Shown in pieces: positions 29,676 through 32,000 of a stretch of DNA of 32,000 nt; the stretch's first letter is position 1; the number at the start of each line of letters is the position of its first letter. The translations under genes and the position numbers were made by a program. The notes under the pieces were generated by a model. That model was not told where the DNA came from. It saw nothing but the letters and a program-made list of their open reading frames with translations, and searched no databases. Origin of the DNA: Acinetobacter wanghuae (GTDB lineage Bacteria > Pseudomonadota > Gammaproteobacteria > Pseudomonadales > Moraxellaceae); assembly GCF_009557235.1 (NCBI RefSeq), contig NZ_CP045650.1, positions 2,550,001 through 2,582,000 on the forward strand. The letters are read 5' to 3'.

Positions 29676-30656
29676 TCAAGGTTGTTGAGCAAGATTGGTG
29701 ACAAACTCATAGAACATCGGCAGCGTCGTTGCCAAAAGAACCGACATCGCTAAACCGAACATTAACTTCATAGCATCTTTGCTGACGTTACGCGAAGTAC
29801 GGTGTTTATTCACTTCATGCAGCATCATTGACATGGCAAACTCTCGACCAGCAAGTAAACCTAAGAATACCCATGTCGTACTCATTGGAATATTACTCCA
29901 CTCTTTAAACACCAATAAAATCAGTGCATACATAAAGTCGATAATCGTTGCAGAGCGAATATCGGTCACACCGGTTTTGGTATCAACAATCTTTTGAATC
30001 GCACCGCCACGTTGATAGAGAATGATCCCGATCAGAATGACAAAGACTGAAATCGCAAAAATGAGGAACGATAATGGCACTTGGCGAGGCACGTATACAA
30101 AAATATTTGCTAAATCTTGAATCAGCCATTGGCTCCACAGAAATGCTGTCGATACCCATTGCAAACCGACCCAAACTTTAGAAGATGGCTCATGTCGAGT
30201 ACGCGCAAAGTATTGCGATACTTTGCCCATAACAAAACGATAGATTACGATAGCAACAATGAACGCAACGGCGTAACCCATCATTGATTTCACCATCATC
30301 GAGCCTAAGCTACTTGGTGAAAAAATGGTGAGTACAAGGAATGTTGTACTGACAGGAATGCCATATTTGGTCAATAAAATCAGTAGAACTGGCGGCACAA
30401 TATATAGCCAAGTGACCCCACCTTCTGGAAATGGAATCGTTTCCAAACGTCCATAAGATGCATCACCTACGCCAGAGGCGTACCAACCATAGACCAATAC
30501 CACCATCAAAATCGTGCTGATATAGATCCATAAGATCCACCACGGGCGATGTGCATTCGATGAGATAAATGTACCGAGTGTCTGTGGTACATCATTTCCG
30601 ACGATAGAATAAGCTGCTAAACAGAAGCCTACTACCATCAAGATTTCGATTGTCAT
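29676..30656 (-). CDS. Divergent PiT/PHO4-superfamily-like membrane transporter, substrate unknown
   Basis: About 326 aa from the ATG at 30656; the track start at 30713 is a TTG. The protein is polytopic, with GNDVPQTLG near the N-terminus and two copies of a PiT-like signature (YGIPVSTTFLV and SNIPMSTTWVFLGLLAGRE). Confidence 0.6.
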   Translation of the reverse strand: MTIEILMVVGFCLAAYSIVGNDVPQTLGTFISSNAHRPWWILWIYISTILMVVLVYGWYASGVGDASYGRLETIPFPEGGVTWLYIVPPVLLILLTKYGIPVSTTFLVLTIFSPSSLGSMMVKSMMGYAVAFIVAIVIYRFVMGKVSQYFARTRHEPSSKVWVGLQWVSTAFLWSQWLIQDLANIFVYVPRQVPLSFLIFAISVFVILIGIILYQRGGAIQKIVDTKTGVTDIRSATIIDFMYALILLVFKEWSNIPMSTTWVFLGLLAGREFAMSMMLHEVNKHRTSRNVSKDAMKLMFGLAMSVLLATTLPMFYEFVTNLAQQP

Positions 30657-30774
30657 AAAAACAAACCTTGCGAAGAATTTTATCCAACACAGCACCGTTG
30701 GAATTTTGCTCAAGATTATGACGGTTTTATTTCACTTTCGTGACAATCTGGTCATAAATTTTGTAGCACGATAT

Positions 30775-30800
30775 AAAAAAGAGCACCGAGGTGCTCTTTA
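30775..30800 (-). terminator. Orphan intrinsic terminator not placed at the 3' end of any recognisable ORF
   Basis: The minus strand reads AAAGAGCAC-CTCG-GTGCTCTTT followed by a run of six Ts in total. It lies about 120 nt upstream of the PiT-like gene start, and upstream of that gene's -35-like TTGTCA. Confidence 0.65.
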
Positions 30801-31224
30801 GAATGGGTGAAGTATAACGCTTATTTGAGTCGAATTTCATCCGTCCGTGCGACTCCGCTCACTTCGCTAGCAGTTCCGTGCTGATCAGTATTATTTCAAA
30901 TTCATTAAATAATATAAAAACAAAGACTTTTATCTGTTGAACGCGATGCTCAACCTGATATTTTTAGATATAAAAAGGCATTTAAAACGATAAAATGGCT
31001 AAAATAGCCAACTTATACTGTTTAAGTATTCAGCGAATAAACGATACGAATCTGGTATGCCGCACAATTTAGATATCTTTTTAACTTAAAATTTAAGGTA
31101 TTGAGCTACTGCTAAGACCCAATGTCCTGTCTATTTAAATACCATTGATGCGCCTGTAAATGACAACGATTTAATACAACATCCGCTTTAGATTGCTTTA
31201 AACTGTTCAAAAATAACTTCATTT

Positions 31225-32000
31225 ATGATTATGAATGCAACGCCCAGCCATCAAGCCTTAACCCCTGAATTTAGACTGCTTGTCTTGCTGGTGTCTATCG
31301 GCTTTTTCATGCAGGGTTTGGACAGCACTATTATTAATACGGCATTACCTGCCATTGCGCTTAATTTAGGAGAAGATCCTTTAAGAATGCACAGTGTGGT
31401 GGTGGCTTATGTGCTGTCTGTGGCGGCATGTATTCCCTTAAGTGGTTGGCTCGCTGACCGTTATGGCGTCCGTAATATTTATTTTGCAGCCATTATTATT
31501 TTTGCATTGGCATCATTAGGCTGCGCCTTTTCGCATAACCTCAATGAATTACTCATTTATCGCGTATTACAAGGTTTTGGTGGTGCATTACTGTTACCGG
31601 TCGGTCGCTTAGCCTTACTTAAAATTATTCCCCGCACTCAGTTTTTAGCCGCTATGAGCCTGATGAGTCTCGCCGGTTTAATGGGACCTCTAATTGGTCC
31701 TACCTTAGGTGGCTGGATGGCGGAATACTTATCTTGGCAATGGGTATTTTTTATCAATATTCCAATTGGTATTTTAGGTGCTTTACTGACCTTCAAAGCT
31801 ATGCCTAATGTGACTGAACCCGAAGTAGCTGCTTTTGATTTTGGTGGTTTTATCTTATTGATCTTTGCTATGGTCAGCTTATGTTTGGGTATTGAAAACT
31901 TTGCTAGTCCTCAATATCCAATCTGGTGGAGTCTTGGTCTGATTTTTGTCGGTATTATCAGCTCCTTTATTTATGCCTACCATGCACATACCCATCAAAA
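31225..32000 (+). CDS. MFS drug:H+ antiporter, DHA2 (EmrB/QacA, MdtD-like) family; 5' part, continues past the window end
   Basis: My own translation from the ATG at 31225 gives MIMNATPSHQALTPEFRLLVLLVSIGFFMQGLDSTIINTALPAIALNLGEDPL...GWLADRYGVRNIYF...VLQGFGGALLLPVGR. These are typical DHA2 N-terminal motifs, and the frame is open to position 32000. Confidence 0.8.
   Translation, partial: MIMNATPSHQALTPEFRLLVLLVSIGFFMQGLDSTIINTALPAIALNLGEDPLRMHSVVVAYVLSVAACIPLSGWLADRYGVRNIYFAAIIIFALASLGCAFSHNLNELLIYRVLQGFGGALLLPVGRLALLKIIPRTQFLAAMSLMSLAGLMGPLIGPTLGGWMAEYLSWQWVFFINIPIGILGALLTFKAMPNVTEPEVAAFDFGGFILLIFAMVSLCLGIENFASPQYPIWWSLGLIFVGIISSFIYAYHAHTHQ

Noticed and set aside
31112-31222. A 36-codon minus-strand ORF (MKLFLNSLKQSKADVVLNRCHLQAHQWYLNRQDIGS*) is divergent from the DHA2 pump. 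It could be a remnant of a LysR-type regulator N-terminus.
   Set aside because: The resemblance to the LysR helix-turn-helix consensus is vague. Downstream frames show no continuing similarity, and the spacer is far too short for a decayed 900-bp gene. A tblastx search would settle it.

Overview
The window reads as an ordinary chromosomal, mostly housekeeping segment of an AT-rich gammaproteobacterium. It is most consistent with Acinetobacter; this is inference from gene content, synteny and the A-run/hairpin/T-run bidirectional terminators, not a database match. I support about 30 protein-coding genes. In order: S41 peptidase (partial), gpmI (frameshifted), lptG-lptF, pepA-holC plus a coiled-coil ORF, dedA, ribE, a DNA methyltransferase, ribD, nrdR, amtB-glnK, ubiK, comM, two outer-membrane protein genes flanking a 735-bp AT-rich spacer, ppa, a MAPEG protein, a small membrane protein, fadD, parC, an MFS transporter, a TRIC-type channel, ychJ, a TerC/CBS protein, a LOG-family protein, a PiT-like transporter and a partial DHA2 MFS pump. 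I saw no rRNA, tRNA, CRISPR array, transposase, integrase or phage genes. I also saw no convincing multi-gene novel system such as a defence island. The points most worth a second look are: (1) a solitary alpha-class N6-adenine DNA methyltransferase translationally coupled inside the nrdR-ribD-ribE operon; (2) a +1 C frameshift splitting gpmI; (3) an orphan intrinsic terminator next to a GC-rich island at 30775-30890, which suggests an unannotated small transcript; (4) an identical 11-mer at the same distance upstream of two membrane-transport genes; (5) several perfect inverted repeats in promoter regions. All coordinates and translations come from reading the sequence and the ORF track. No searches or folding calculations were run.
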